From Squalus acanthias (taxonomy: Eukaryota), in the NCBI GenBank assembly GCA_030390025.1, contig CM059432.1, positions 3,658,001 through 3,722,000 of the forward strand: a stretch of DNA of 64,000 bases. Direction: 5' to 3'. The position numbers and the translations under genes were made by a program. The notes under the pieces are model-generated. The model searched no databases, was not told the DNA's origin, and was given only the letters and a program-made list of their open reading frames with translations. Positions 51,591 to 62,170 of this stretch are shown here, piece after piece (the first letter of the stretch is position 1; the number at the start of each line of letters is the position of its first letter).

Positions 51591-51741
51591 TTGCAGGCCT
51601 CCTTTCAGGATGTCTTGAATGTAGCTTCGTAACACCTCATTGTCTACTTCATAATCTGTAAATAGCTTGTAACTGCAAAAGTTCGATTGTTGATTGCGGA
51701 ATTTGCCCAGCAACACGGCCTTCGGTCAAGCATAATGACAG

Positions 51742-52147
51742 ATGTGATTTCCAGTAAAAAAAAAGTAAAAATTTTAAAGTTTATGGTTTTCCATACAGAC
51801 TGCAGCATTTGACACATTAGACCCCCTGTGACCCCACCTCATTGTCTCAGTTGTATCTTGCTATGTCTTTGATGTGGTGCCTTCCTGGCTGACCTGATTG
51901 TTTCTCTGCCGAGGTGTGACGAAAGGCAGTCAGAAGGATTAAATGTAGTCGTCTGACATCGTACGCTACACATGCATTGTTCTCTGTCTATATATGCTTT
52001 GTCGATTTGTATTCCTTCACTTCACCTGACGAAGGGGCAGCAGCTTCGAAAGCTTGTGATTTCAAATAAAACTGTTGGACTATAACCTGGTGTTGTGCGA
52101 CTTCTCACTTTTGTCCACCCCAGTCCAACACCGGCATCTCCGCATCA
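51742..52147 (+). mobile_element. Penelope-like pLTR (family B) with hammerhead motif at 52022-52059
   Basis: 15-bp TSD caagcataatgacag at 51727-51741 and 52148-52162; homologous to 27085-27410. Confidence 0.85.
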
Positions 52148-52195
52148 CAAGCATAATGACAGCCAATCTTAAACAGCAAAAGACTTTTTGCTACA

Positions 52196-52688
52196 GAGTG
52201 CAGCTCCAACAACACTCAAGAAGCTCGACACCATCCAGGACAAAGCAGCCCGCTTGATTGGCACCCCATCCAGCACCTTAAACATTCACTCCCTCCACCA
52301 CCGGCGCACCGTGGCTGCAGTGTGCACCATCTACAAGATGCACTGCAGCAACTTGCCAAGGCTTCTTCGGCAGCACCTCCCAAACCCGCGACCTCTTCCA
52401 CCTAGAAGGACAAGGGCAGCAGGCGCATGGGAACACCACCACCTCCAAGTTCCCCTCCAAGTCACACACCATCCTGACTTGGAAATATATCGGCCGATCC
52501 TTCATCGTCGCTGTGTCAAAATCTTGGAACTCCCTCCCTAACAGCACTGTGGGAGCACCTTCACCACACGGACTGCAGCGGTTCAAGAAAGCGGCTCACC
52601 ACCACCTTCTCAAGGGCAACTATGGATGGGCAATAAATGCTGGGCCTTATCAGCGACGTCCACATCCCATGAATGATTAAATAAAAAA
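52196..52688 (+). mobile_element. CR1-group LINE family B 3' fragment
   Basis: ORF 52188-52541 and the family B tail. Confidence 0.8.
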
Positions 52689-53118
52689 TTCAGAAGAAAC
52701 ATTTTTCAACTTTCAATTACTTCAAGCACACACTAGGACTTTCATGGAACATTGTTCTCTGTGCCGAAGCTGAATTTATAAAGGACATTTGCTAATTTCA
52801 GGATCAAAATGTATTCTTGTGGATCATATCATAAAAAGTAAAAATAATCAAGAAGCTATAAAGCAGTGTGGGACTATTTGTCGCACTGACGAATCTCATG
52901 CCTGTGAACCAAAGCCAACATTCATTACAATTTACTTTAGTTAGAGCTGCTGACAGGATTCACAAAGTCAATGCGTCTTGGTGGACGAAACATGGAAAAT
53001 GAAGATCAATTGGAATGTGTCCCGTTTAAATGAAAAATCATGATACGTACAAAAAAAAAGCTCCTTGTCTATATTACAATAGATTTAGACTTCACGGTAT
53101 GTGAGAATCACCTCAAAT

Positions 53119-53900
53119 ATAAGAACATAAGAAATAGGAGCAGGAGTAGGCCATTCAGTAAGATCATGGCTGATCTTCTTCCTCAACTCCACTTATATCC
53201 TATCCCCATATCCCTTGATTCACTAAGTGCCCAAAAATCTATCGATCTCTGTCTTGAATGTACTCAACGACTGAGCCTCCACAGCCCTCTGGGGTAGAGA
53301 ATTCCAAAGATTCACCACCCTCTGAGTGAAGAAATTCCTCCTCATCTCAATCCTAAATGGCCGACCCCTTATTCTGAGACTGTGACCCCCTGGTTCTAGA
53401 CTCCCCAGCCAGGGGAAACATCCTCTCAGCGTCTGCCCTATCAAGCCCTGTAAGAATTTTGTATGTTTCAATGAGATCACCTCTCATTCTTCTAAACTCC
53501 AGAGAATATAGGCCTAGTCTCCTCAATCTCTCCTCATAGGACAATCCCCCCATCCCAGGAACCAGTCTGGTGAACCTTTGTTGCACTCTCTCTGTGGCAA
53601 GTACGTCCAGCGGTTTCCATAGTGCCAGCGGTTTCCGTAGTGTAGTGGTTATCACGTTCGCTTTACACGCGAAAGGTCCCCGGTTCGATCCCGGGCGGAT
53701 TCATTATAAGGTGGAGAGAGACAGATTTTTGAACGATAAGGGAGTCGCGGGTTATGGGGAGCGGGCAGGGAAGTGGAGTTGAGACCAAGACCAGATCAGC
53801 CATGATCTCATTAAATGGCGGAGCAGGCTCGAGGGGCCGAATGGCCGACTCCTGCTCCTATTTCTTATGTTCTTATGTTCCTTCCTTAGGTAAGGAGACA
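53119..53900 (-). mobile_element. CR1 3' fragment interrupted by the tRNA/CR1 chimera
   Basis: gcaagtacgtcc|insert|ttccttaggtaaggagac is continuous CR1 sequence. Confidence 0.85.
53631..53703 (+). tRNA. tRNA-Val(TAC) sequence, probably a retroposed pseudogene (3' acceptor strand defective, fused to a CR1 tail)
   Basis: GTTTCCGTAGTGTAGTGGTTATCACGTTCGC-TTTACAC-GCGAAAGGTCCCCGGTTCGATCCCGGGCGGA; D, anticodon and T arms intact; two acceptor-stem mismatches; no oligo-T terminator directly after the tRNA. Confidence 0.85.
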
Positions 53901-54663
53901 AGTATGGGATGAGGTTTTTGGTAATTTCCCCCCCCCCCCGCTTCACTAGCATGTTTATGAATAGCTATTCCAACAATCGATAAGTTTGAACGATATACAT
54001 GTGCCCAGCAGTGGGTGATCTATGGCACCAACTCTCCTTTCTTGGCTTTGATGGATGATCTATACAATACTTTAATGAATGGTTGGGAGAAATCTTAAAT
54101 TACACGTATCTTGCCACCTCCGCGAATTTTAAAATTAAAATAAATCCTTTAAGGCTTATCAGTCTCGCACCAGTCTTCACGCAAAGAAACCCTGCTTCCT
54201 GGGCGAAGAAAAGAGGAGGTGGTTGACAGGTGGATCTTTTTTGCTTTGAATTGTCGTCTTATTAAATGAAAAATTCAAGATAGATAACGATATAGTGCCA
54301 GGGGAAGGACAAATCTCTTCTCTTGATGATTAATGTAGTACTATTTCATATGACGGTAGCATTAAAGTATATTGGAAACACAATTCCTGTCACTTTGACA
54401 CGCTGAATATTTCTTTATCTGCGTGTTATAATTATTTTAAAATAAGGATTAATGCATGGTGCATATGCACCTGTAAGGCTATTGCAAACATCATTAATAA
54501 AAAAAGATTTTTGCAAAAAATATTACTTTACAGTAACTGCCGTATGGAGTAATTTTGTACCAACCTCAGAGTAAAAATAAAGGAAAGAAGTAATATAATT
54601 TTGTTTCTAAAAATAAATGTAGCAAATGGAGTCTATCTCTGTAATCTCCTCCAGCCCTACAAC

Positions 54664-54797
54664 CAATGTTGCCTCTAATTTATTTTTTGGGTGCGTGGCC
54701 CCTTTGACGGGCTGCGCGACCCCTTCAAATTTCCCCTCCTTTTAAAAGCCGGTGAGACGGCTGCACGGGACCTCCAGACCGCTCAACGGGAACAACG
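54664..54797. mobile_element. Small hAT-like MITE inside an L2 fragment (about 54632-55100)
   Basis: 8-bp TSD cctacaac/cctgcaac; imperfect TIR caatgttgcc/gggaacaacg. Confidence 0.55.
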
Positions 54798-55347
54798 CCT
54801 GCAACCCTCCGAGAACTCTGCATTCCTACAATTCTGCCCTCTTGTGCAACACTGATTTCTTTCGCCCCCCCACCATTGACGGCCGTGGCTTCAGCTGCCG
54901 AGGTCTTAATTTCTGGAATTCCCTCCCTAAACCTCTCCGCCTCTCTCTCCTCCTTTAAGACGCCCCTTAAAACCTACCTCTTTGACCAAGCTTTTGGTCA
55001 CCTGCCCTAATATCTCCTTGTTTGATAATCGCTCTGTGAAGTGCCTTGGGATGTTTTACTACCTCAAAGGCGCTCTACAAATGCAAGTTGTTGTTGTTGT
55101 CCTCTCATTGACTCCACAGATTCTAGAGGGGCCAATCTTGAAGGACACCAACAACATGATCCAGCAGATCTTTGGGACCAGATGTTATTCCAAGGACGGA
55201 AGCTTGAAAATCCGAGACCCGAAATCCTGATTTTTCATGGTGCAAAAGTGGCCTAGTTCTGGCGTAGAGGTTGGAACTTGGGGGCGTATGTCAGATATCC
55301 TGCCCATTAAAGCATACACGCTGAATTCCAGTAGGATTAGTTGCTAA

Positions 55348-55719
55348 TTCGATAGCAAAATACTGCGGATGCTGGAAATCCGAAATAACAACAGAAAACG
55401 CTGTAAAAACTCAGCAGGCCAGGCAGCATCTGTGGAGAGAGAAACAGAGTTAACGTTTCAGGTCGAAGACCTTTCGTCAGAACTGGAAAAAAGCCTTGCC
55501 TTGACTATCTCTTAATGTCTCTCAATGTCTCTTAATCTCTCCTTTTGTTCTTTCATCCCCTCTCCCCTTTCCCAGCTTTATACTTGCTTTAAATCTATTT
55601 CATTTCCTGCTTTTTTCCAGTCCTGACGAAAGGTCTTCGACCTGAAACGTTAACTCTGTTTCTCTCTCCACAGATGCTGCCTGGCCTGCTGAGTTTTTCC
55701 AGCGTTTTCTGTTGTTATT
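55348..55719. mobile_element. Penelope-like inverted pLTR pair (family A) with two hammerhead motifs
   Basis: 16-bp TSD taggattagttgctaa at 55332-55347 and 55720-55735; inverted arms; motifs at 55448-55484 (-) and 55619-55655 (+). Confidence 0.88.
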
Positions 55720-55854
55720 TAGGATTAGTTGCTAACAAGCTTACACGAGTTGCAGAGCTGCTAAGGCTACAGCAAAGGGGCAGTCCAACTAAGAGCCACG
55801 CTTCCACCAGAGTCTACAGACCACGCCAGTCTCTTGACGATAATTTAGAAGAGA

Positions 55855-56375
55855 TAGAATCAAAGAAATTTATGGCACAGAAGGAGGCCATTCAGCCCAT
55901 CGTGTCCGTGCCGGCCGACAAAGAGCCACCCAGCCTAATCCCACTTACCGTAGCCCTGCAGGTTACGGCACTTCAAGTGCATATCCAAGTATTTTTTAAA
56001 TGTGATGATGGTTTCTGCCTCTACCACCCTTTCAGGCAGTGAGTTCCAGACCCCCACCACCCTCTGGGTGAAAAAAGTTCTCCTCAACTCCCCTCTAATC
56101 CTTCTACCAATTACTTTAAATCTATGCCCCCTGGTTATTGACCTCTCTGCTAAGGGAAATAGGTCCTTCCTATCCACTCTATCTCGGCCCCTCATAATTT
56201 TATACACCTCAATTAAGTCTCCCCTCAGCCTCCTCTGTTCCAAGGAAAACAATCCCAGCCAATCCAGTCTTCCCTCATAGCTAAAATTCTCCAGTCCTGG
56301 CAACATCCTCGCAAACCTCCTCTGTACCCTCTCCAGTGCAATCACATCCTTCCTGTAATGTGGTGACCAGAGCTG
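55855..56375 (-). mobile_element. CR1 3' fragment
   Basis: ORF 55935-56345. Confidence 0.88.
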
Positions 56376-59285
56376 TAAGCAGTTCCTTAAGCTTAAGATC
56401 TTAAGCAGACAATGGGTCAGCTGTTCTGAAACCTATCCTGGTGCTGTGCGGAGGTGATATCTGAGAGCTGGGGATACTAGTGGTACTCACCTCTGTTGTG
56501 GGATCATGAGGTTTTTAATAAGAATTTACTCTGAAGACTATTTAATGCAGAGTCAACTGCTGCATTGTCCTGGTGTCATGTTGAAAGAGCGATTAACTTC
56601 ATCATTACAGGAACGGTAGCAGAGTGGTTATGTTACTGGACTAGTAATCCAGGCAGACCTGGACTAATAATCCGCTGACAAGTATTCAAATCCCACCACG
56701 GCAGCTGGGGAATTTAAATTCAATTAATTAAATAAATCTGGAATAAAAAAAAGCTAGTATCAGTAATGGTGAACATGAAACGATGGGATTGTCATAAAAA
56801 CCCATCTGGTTCACTAATGTCCTTTAGGAAATCTGCCGTCCTTACCCGGTCTGGCCTATATGTGACTCCAGACCCACAGCAATGTGGTTGACTCTTAACT
56901 GCCCCTCTGAAATGGCCGAGCAAGACACTCAGTTGTAACAAAGTGCTGCAAGAAACAACAATAATAAGAATAAAACCGGACAGACCCCAGCACCGGCTTC
57001 GACACGACAACGGCACACCCGGCCCAGTCGACCCTGCAAAGTCCTACTCACCAACATCTGGGGACTTGTGCCAAAATTGGGAGAGCTGTCCCACAGACTA
57101 GTCAAGCAACAGGTTGACATAGTCATACTCACAGAATCATACCTTTCAGCCAATGTCCCAAACTCCTCCATCACCATCCCTCGGTATGTCCTGTCCCACC
57201 GGCAGGACAGACCCACCAGGGTGGTGGCACAGTGGTATACAGTCGGGAGGGAGTGGCCCTGGGACTCCTCAACATTGACTCCAGGTCTCATGGCATCAGA
57301 TCAAACATGGGCAAGGTAACCACCTACTGTCCTCACTCAGCTGATGATTCAGTACTCCTCCATGTTGAACATCACTTGGCAGCAAGGAACAGAATGTACT
57401 CTGGGTGGGGACTTCAATGCCCATCACCAAGGGTGCCTCGGTAGCACCACTACTGGCTGAGTCTTGAAGGACATAGCTGCCAGTCTGGGCCTGCGGCAGG
57501 TGGTGAGTGAACCAACACGAGGGAAATACCTACTTGACCTCGTCCTCACCAATCTACCTGCCACAGATGCATCTGTCCATGACAGCATTGGTAACAGTGA
57601 CCTACTGCACAGTCATTGCGGAGACGAAGTCCCGTCTTCACACTGAGGACACCCTCTATCGTGTTGTGTAGCACTACCACTGTGCTAAATGGGATAGATT
57701 CAGAACCGATCCAGCAGTTCAAGACTGGGCATCCATGAGGCTCTGTGGGCCATCAGCAGCAGCAGAATTGTATTCCACCAAAATCTGTAACCTCATGGCC
57801 TGGCATATCCCTCACTCTACCATTACCATCAAGCCAGGGGACCAACCCTGATTCAATAAGGAGTGTAGAAGAGCATGCCAGGAGCAGCATCAGGCGTACC
57901 TAAAAATGAGGTGCCAACCTGGGGAAGCTGCAACACAGGACTGCATACATACTAAAAAGTGGAAACAGCATGCTATAGACAGGGCTAAGCGATCCCACAA
58001 TCAACGGGTCAGATCAAAGCTCTGCAGTCCTGCCACATCCAGTCATGGACCATTAAACAACTAATGGGAGGAGGAGGCTCCATGAATATCCCCATCCTTA
58101 ATGATGGCGGAGCTCAGCACGCGAGTGCAAAAGACAAGGCTGAAGTATCTGCAACCATCTTCAGCCAAAAGTGTCGAGTGGATGATCCATCTGGGACTCC
58201 TCTTGAGGTCCCCACCATCACAGAAGCCAGTTTTCAGCCAATTCGATTCACTCCACATGATATCAAGAAATGGCACTGGATACAGCAAAGGCTATGGGCA
58301 TCGACAATATCCCGGCTGTTGTGCTGAAGACTTGTGCTCCAGAACTAGCTCTAGCCAAGCTGTTCCAGTACAGCTACAACATTGGCAACTATCCGACAAT
58401 GTGGAAAACTGCCCAGGTATGTCCTGTCCACAAAAAAGCAGGATAAATCCAATCCATCCAATTACCGCCCCATCAGTCTACTCTCAATCATCAGCAAAGT
58501 GATGGAAGGTGTCATCGACAGTGCTATCAAGTGGCACTTACTCACCAATAACCTGCTCACCGATACTCAGTTTGGGTTCTGCCAGGACTACTTGGCTCCA
58601 GACCTCATTACAGCCTTGGTCCAAACATGGACAAAAGAGCTGAATTCCAGAGATGAGGTGAGAGTGACTTCCCTTGACATCAAGGTAGCATTTGACCGAG
58701 TGTGGCATCAAGGAGCTTAAGTAAAATTGAAGTCAATGGGAATCAGGGGAAAGACTCTCCACTGGCTGGAGTCACACCTAGCACAAAGGGAGATGATTGT
58801 GGTTGTTGGAGCCAATCATCCCAGCCCCAGGACATCGCTGCAGGAGTTCCTCAGGGCAGTGTCCTAGGCCCAACCATCTTCAGCTGCTTCATCAATGACC
58901 TTCCCTCCATCAGAAGGTCAGAAGTGGGGATGTTCGCTGATGATTGCACAGTTTTCAGCGACATTTACAACTCCTCAGATAATGAAGCAGCTATGCCCGC
59001 ATGCAGCAAGACCTGGACGACATTCAGGCTTAGGCTGATAAGTGGCAGGTAACAGTCGCGCCACACAAGTGCCAGGCAATAACTATCTCCAACAAGCGAG
59101 AGTCTAACCACCGCCTGTTAAATTGGGGTTCAGTAGTCAATTCCTTAAAAAAAATTAATTCAAAACTTTTCAAAACGTATCTATCAGTGTCCTTGCACCC
59201 AACAAGGGAGAGTCTAAACACCGCCCATGACATTCAACAGCTTTACCATCGCCGAATCCCCCACCATCAACATCCTGGGGGTCAC

Positions 59286-61532
59286 TTGCAGCACTCCATT
59301 CTCTCAGATCCAACCCCGACATTGTCATTAAACCTGCTGACAAGGGTGGTGCTGTTGTTGTTTGGCACACCGACCTCTACCTAGCGGAAGCTGAACGCCA
59401 ACTCTCCGACACCTCCTCCTACCTCCACCTGGACCATGACCCCACTACCGAACATCAAACCACCGTTTCCAAGACTGTCACTGACCTCATCTCCTCTGGA
59501 GATCTCCCCCCCACGGCCGCCAACCTCATAGTTCCCCAACCCCGCACAGCCCGCTTCTACCTCCTTCCCAAGATCCACAAACAGGACTGCCCCGGTAGAC
59601 CCATCGTTTCAGCCTGTTCTTGCCCCACGGAACTTAGCTCTTCCTATCTCGACTCTATTTTTTCTCCCCTTGTCCAGTCTCTTCCCACCTACATCTGCGA
59701 CTGTTCTGACGCCCTCCGCCACTTTAACAGTTTCCAGTTTCCCGGCCCCAACCGCCTCCTTTTCACTATGGACGTACAATCCCCTACACCTCCATCCCCC
59801 ACCAGGATGGCCTGAGGGCGCTCCGCTTCTTCCTTGAACAGAGGCCCAACCAGTCCCCATCCACCACCACCCTCCTCTGCCTGGCTGAACTTGTTCTCAC
59901 ATTGAACAACTTCTCCTTTGACTCCACTCATTTCCTCCAAATCAAAGGTGTTGCTATGGGTACCCGCATGGGTCCTAGCTATGCCTGCCTTTTCGTGGGA
60001 TAGGTGGAACACTCTTTGTTCCAGTCCTACTCGGGTCCCCTCCCTCACCTCTTTTTCTGGTACATTGATGACTGTATCGGTGACGTTTCCTGCTCTCACC
60101 CTGAACTAGAAAATTTCATTCACTTTGCTTCCAATTTCCACCCTTCCCTCACCTTCACATGGTCCATCTCCGACTCTTCCCTTCCCTTCCTCGACTTCTT
60201 CATCTCCATCTCTGGGGATAGGTTATTGACTAACATTCACTACAAGCCCACTGACTCCCACAGCTACCTGGACTACACTTCCTCCCACCCCGCCTCCTGT
60301 AAGGACTCTATTCCATTCTCCCAGTTTCTCTGTCTCCGCCGCATCTGCTCTGACGATGCCACCTTCCATACCAATGCTTCCGACATGTCTTCCTTTTTTC
60401 TCAACCGAGGATTCCCCTCTACTGTGGTTGACACGGCCCTCGACCGTGTCCGTTCTATCTCCCGCACTTCTGTCCTCACCCCTGCCCCTCCCTCCCGGAA
60501 CCACGATAGAGTTCCCCTTGTCCTCACCTTTCACCCGACCAGCCTCCACATTCAACGGATCATCCTCCGCCATTTCCGCCACCTCCAGCGTGATCCCACC
60601 ACTAAACGCATCTTCCCCTCACCTCTCCTTTCAGCATTCCATAGCGACCGCTCCCTCCGCGACACCCTAGTCCACTCCTCTATCACCCCCAGCACCCCGT
60701 CCCCTTCGCCCGGCACCTTCCCGTGCAAGCGCAGGAGATGCTACACATGCCCTTATACCTCCCCCCTTTCCACTGTCCAGGGCCCCAAACACTCCTTCCA
60801 GGTGAAACAGCGATTTACGTGTACTTCCTGCAATTTAGTATACTGTATTCGCTGCTCACGATGTGGTCTCCTCTACATTGTGGAGACCAAACGCAGATTG
60901 GGTGACCGCTTTGCGGAACACCTCCGTTCAGTCCGTAAGGGGGACCCCGAGCTCCCGGTGGCCTGTCACTTTAATTCTCCGCTCCACTCCCACTCTGACC
61001 TCACCGCCCTCGGCCTCTTGCATTGTTCCACGGAAGCGTAAGCTCGAGGACCAGCACCTCATCTTTCGATTAGGCACTCTACAGCCCTCTGGACTCAACA
61101 TAGAGTTCAACAATTTCAGATCATTACCACGGCCTCTATCACATACATATATATATATTTTTTTTTCATCCACCCTTTTGTTTGGCCTTTTTTTCTTCCC
61201 TCCCTGAAGCTGGCAGCTGTCCTTCATTCTGCCAGCGCATTTCACACTTCATCTAGCCTCAACCTGTCACATTACCACCTCCTCTCGCCTTGAATATCTC
61301 TTAATGTCTCTCAATCTCTCTCAATCTCTCCTGCCTTCTGTACTACCACTGACCTTCCCCTTTGTTCTTTCATCCCCTCCCCCTTTCCCAGCATTATACT
61401 TGCTTTAAATCTATTTCATTTCCTGCTTTTTTCCAGTTCTGACGAAGGGTCTTCGACCTGAAACGTTAACTCTGTTTCTCTCTCCACGGATGCTGCCTGG
61501 CCTGCTGAGTTTTTCCAGCATTTTCTGTTGTT
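59286..61532 (+). mobile_element. Penelope-like element (family A), 5'-truncated: RT plus GIY-YIG plus pLTR
   Basis: 14-bp TSD atcctgggggtcac at 59272-59285 and 61533-61546; IKPADKG, LPKIHK, GVAMG, YIDD, PFLD, NLVYCIRC..LYI.ETKR.L.DRFAEH; frameshifts and stops present. Confidence 0.92.
61435..61471 (+). ncRNA. Minimal type I hammerhead ribozyme in a PLE pLTR
   Basis: AGUU-CUGACGA-A-GGGUC UUC GACCU-GAAA-CGUU-AACU: conserved core, stem II, short stem I, palindromic stem III. Confidence 0.75.
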
Positions 61533-62170
61533 ATCCTGGGGGTCACCATTGACCAGAAACTTAACTGGACCAGCCACATAAATACTGTGGCAACGAGAGC
61601 AGGTCAGAGGCTAGGGGGTAAAAATTCAGTTGGTTGCGCCTCCCGTTAGCGCCTTAAGAGGGCGCTAATGGGGCGTTAAGGCGCTAACGCCCGGGGGCAG
61701 CGCTGTTTGCGCCGCTCGAGAACTTAACTTGAGATTGTGCGGCGGCGCTAAAACTTACCGCTGCGACCACCTGCGCGCGCAGATTGTGACGTCATTCCGT
61801 GGTGCAACGCCCTTGGGGCGCCCCGGAGCGGAAATTGAGTGGTGCCCCCTGCCTTACCGCCTGGCGCTTCCAACGACCGGAAGACTGGAACGTTATCAAT
61901 CGGTGTGGGGCTGGGGGGGGCGCTATTTAAAGGGGGCCTCTTCCTGTCTTTTTCTGTGGTCGACATTTATGCACCACTCGTTCTGAGAGAGAGAGAGAGA
62001 TTCGGAGAGAGAGAGAGAGAGACTTCTACATTGACTCAACGCTTTGTGAGGTAGTTTTGCCTAGTTCATCCTAACTTTGCTGCTACTTTCGTTGCTGTAC
62101 CTCATTACTTTTCTGGCAAAGAGATTATGGGGGCTGCAATGATTGGGGGCGTCGTCCTGCTCCAGCTCAA

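Larger units (their letters stand above)
50468..52195 (-). mobile_element. Solo LTR (about 0.9 kb native length; ERV/Gypsy-type) containing nested SINE and PLE insertions
   Basis: TGT...ACA termini; 4-bp TSD GAGT at 50464-50467 and 52196-52199; removing it restores family B cctggatgagtgcagctcc; minus-strand AATAAA. Confidence 0.8.
56612..61613 (+). mobile_element. CR1-group LINE (probably family B) with tRNA-like 5' head and decayed endonuclease/RT ORF; interrupted by a PLE and a Harbinger
   Basis: NIWGLVPKLGEL..DIVILTESYL (endonuclease); NYRPISLLS, QFGF, LDIKVAFDRVWH, GVPQGSVLGP, MFADD (RT); A box at 56617-56627. Confidence 0.8.

Noticed and set aside
53631..53703. Functional tRNA-Val gene
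   Set aside because: Two acceptor-stem mismatches, direct fusion to a CR1 tail and location inside another CR1 favour a retrocopy.
52690..54630. Downstream exons for the BH3-like ORF in AT-rich unique sequence
   Set aside because: Candidate acceptors give only short peptides with no recognisable features.
55740..56600. Additional highly decayed Harbinger transposase (RVYRPRQS near 55810)
   Set aside because: Similarity is too short and fragmentary to support without an alignment.
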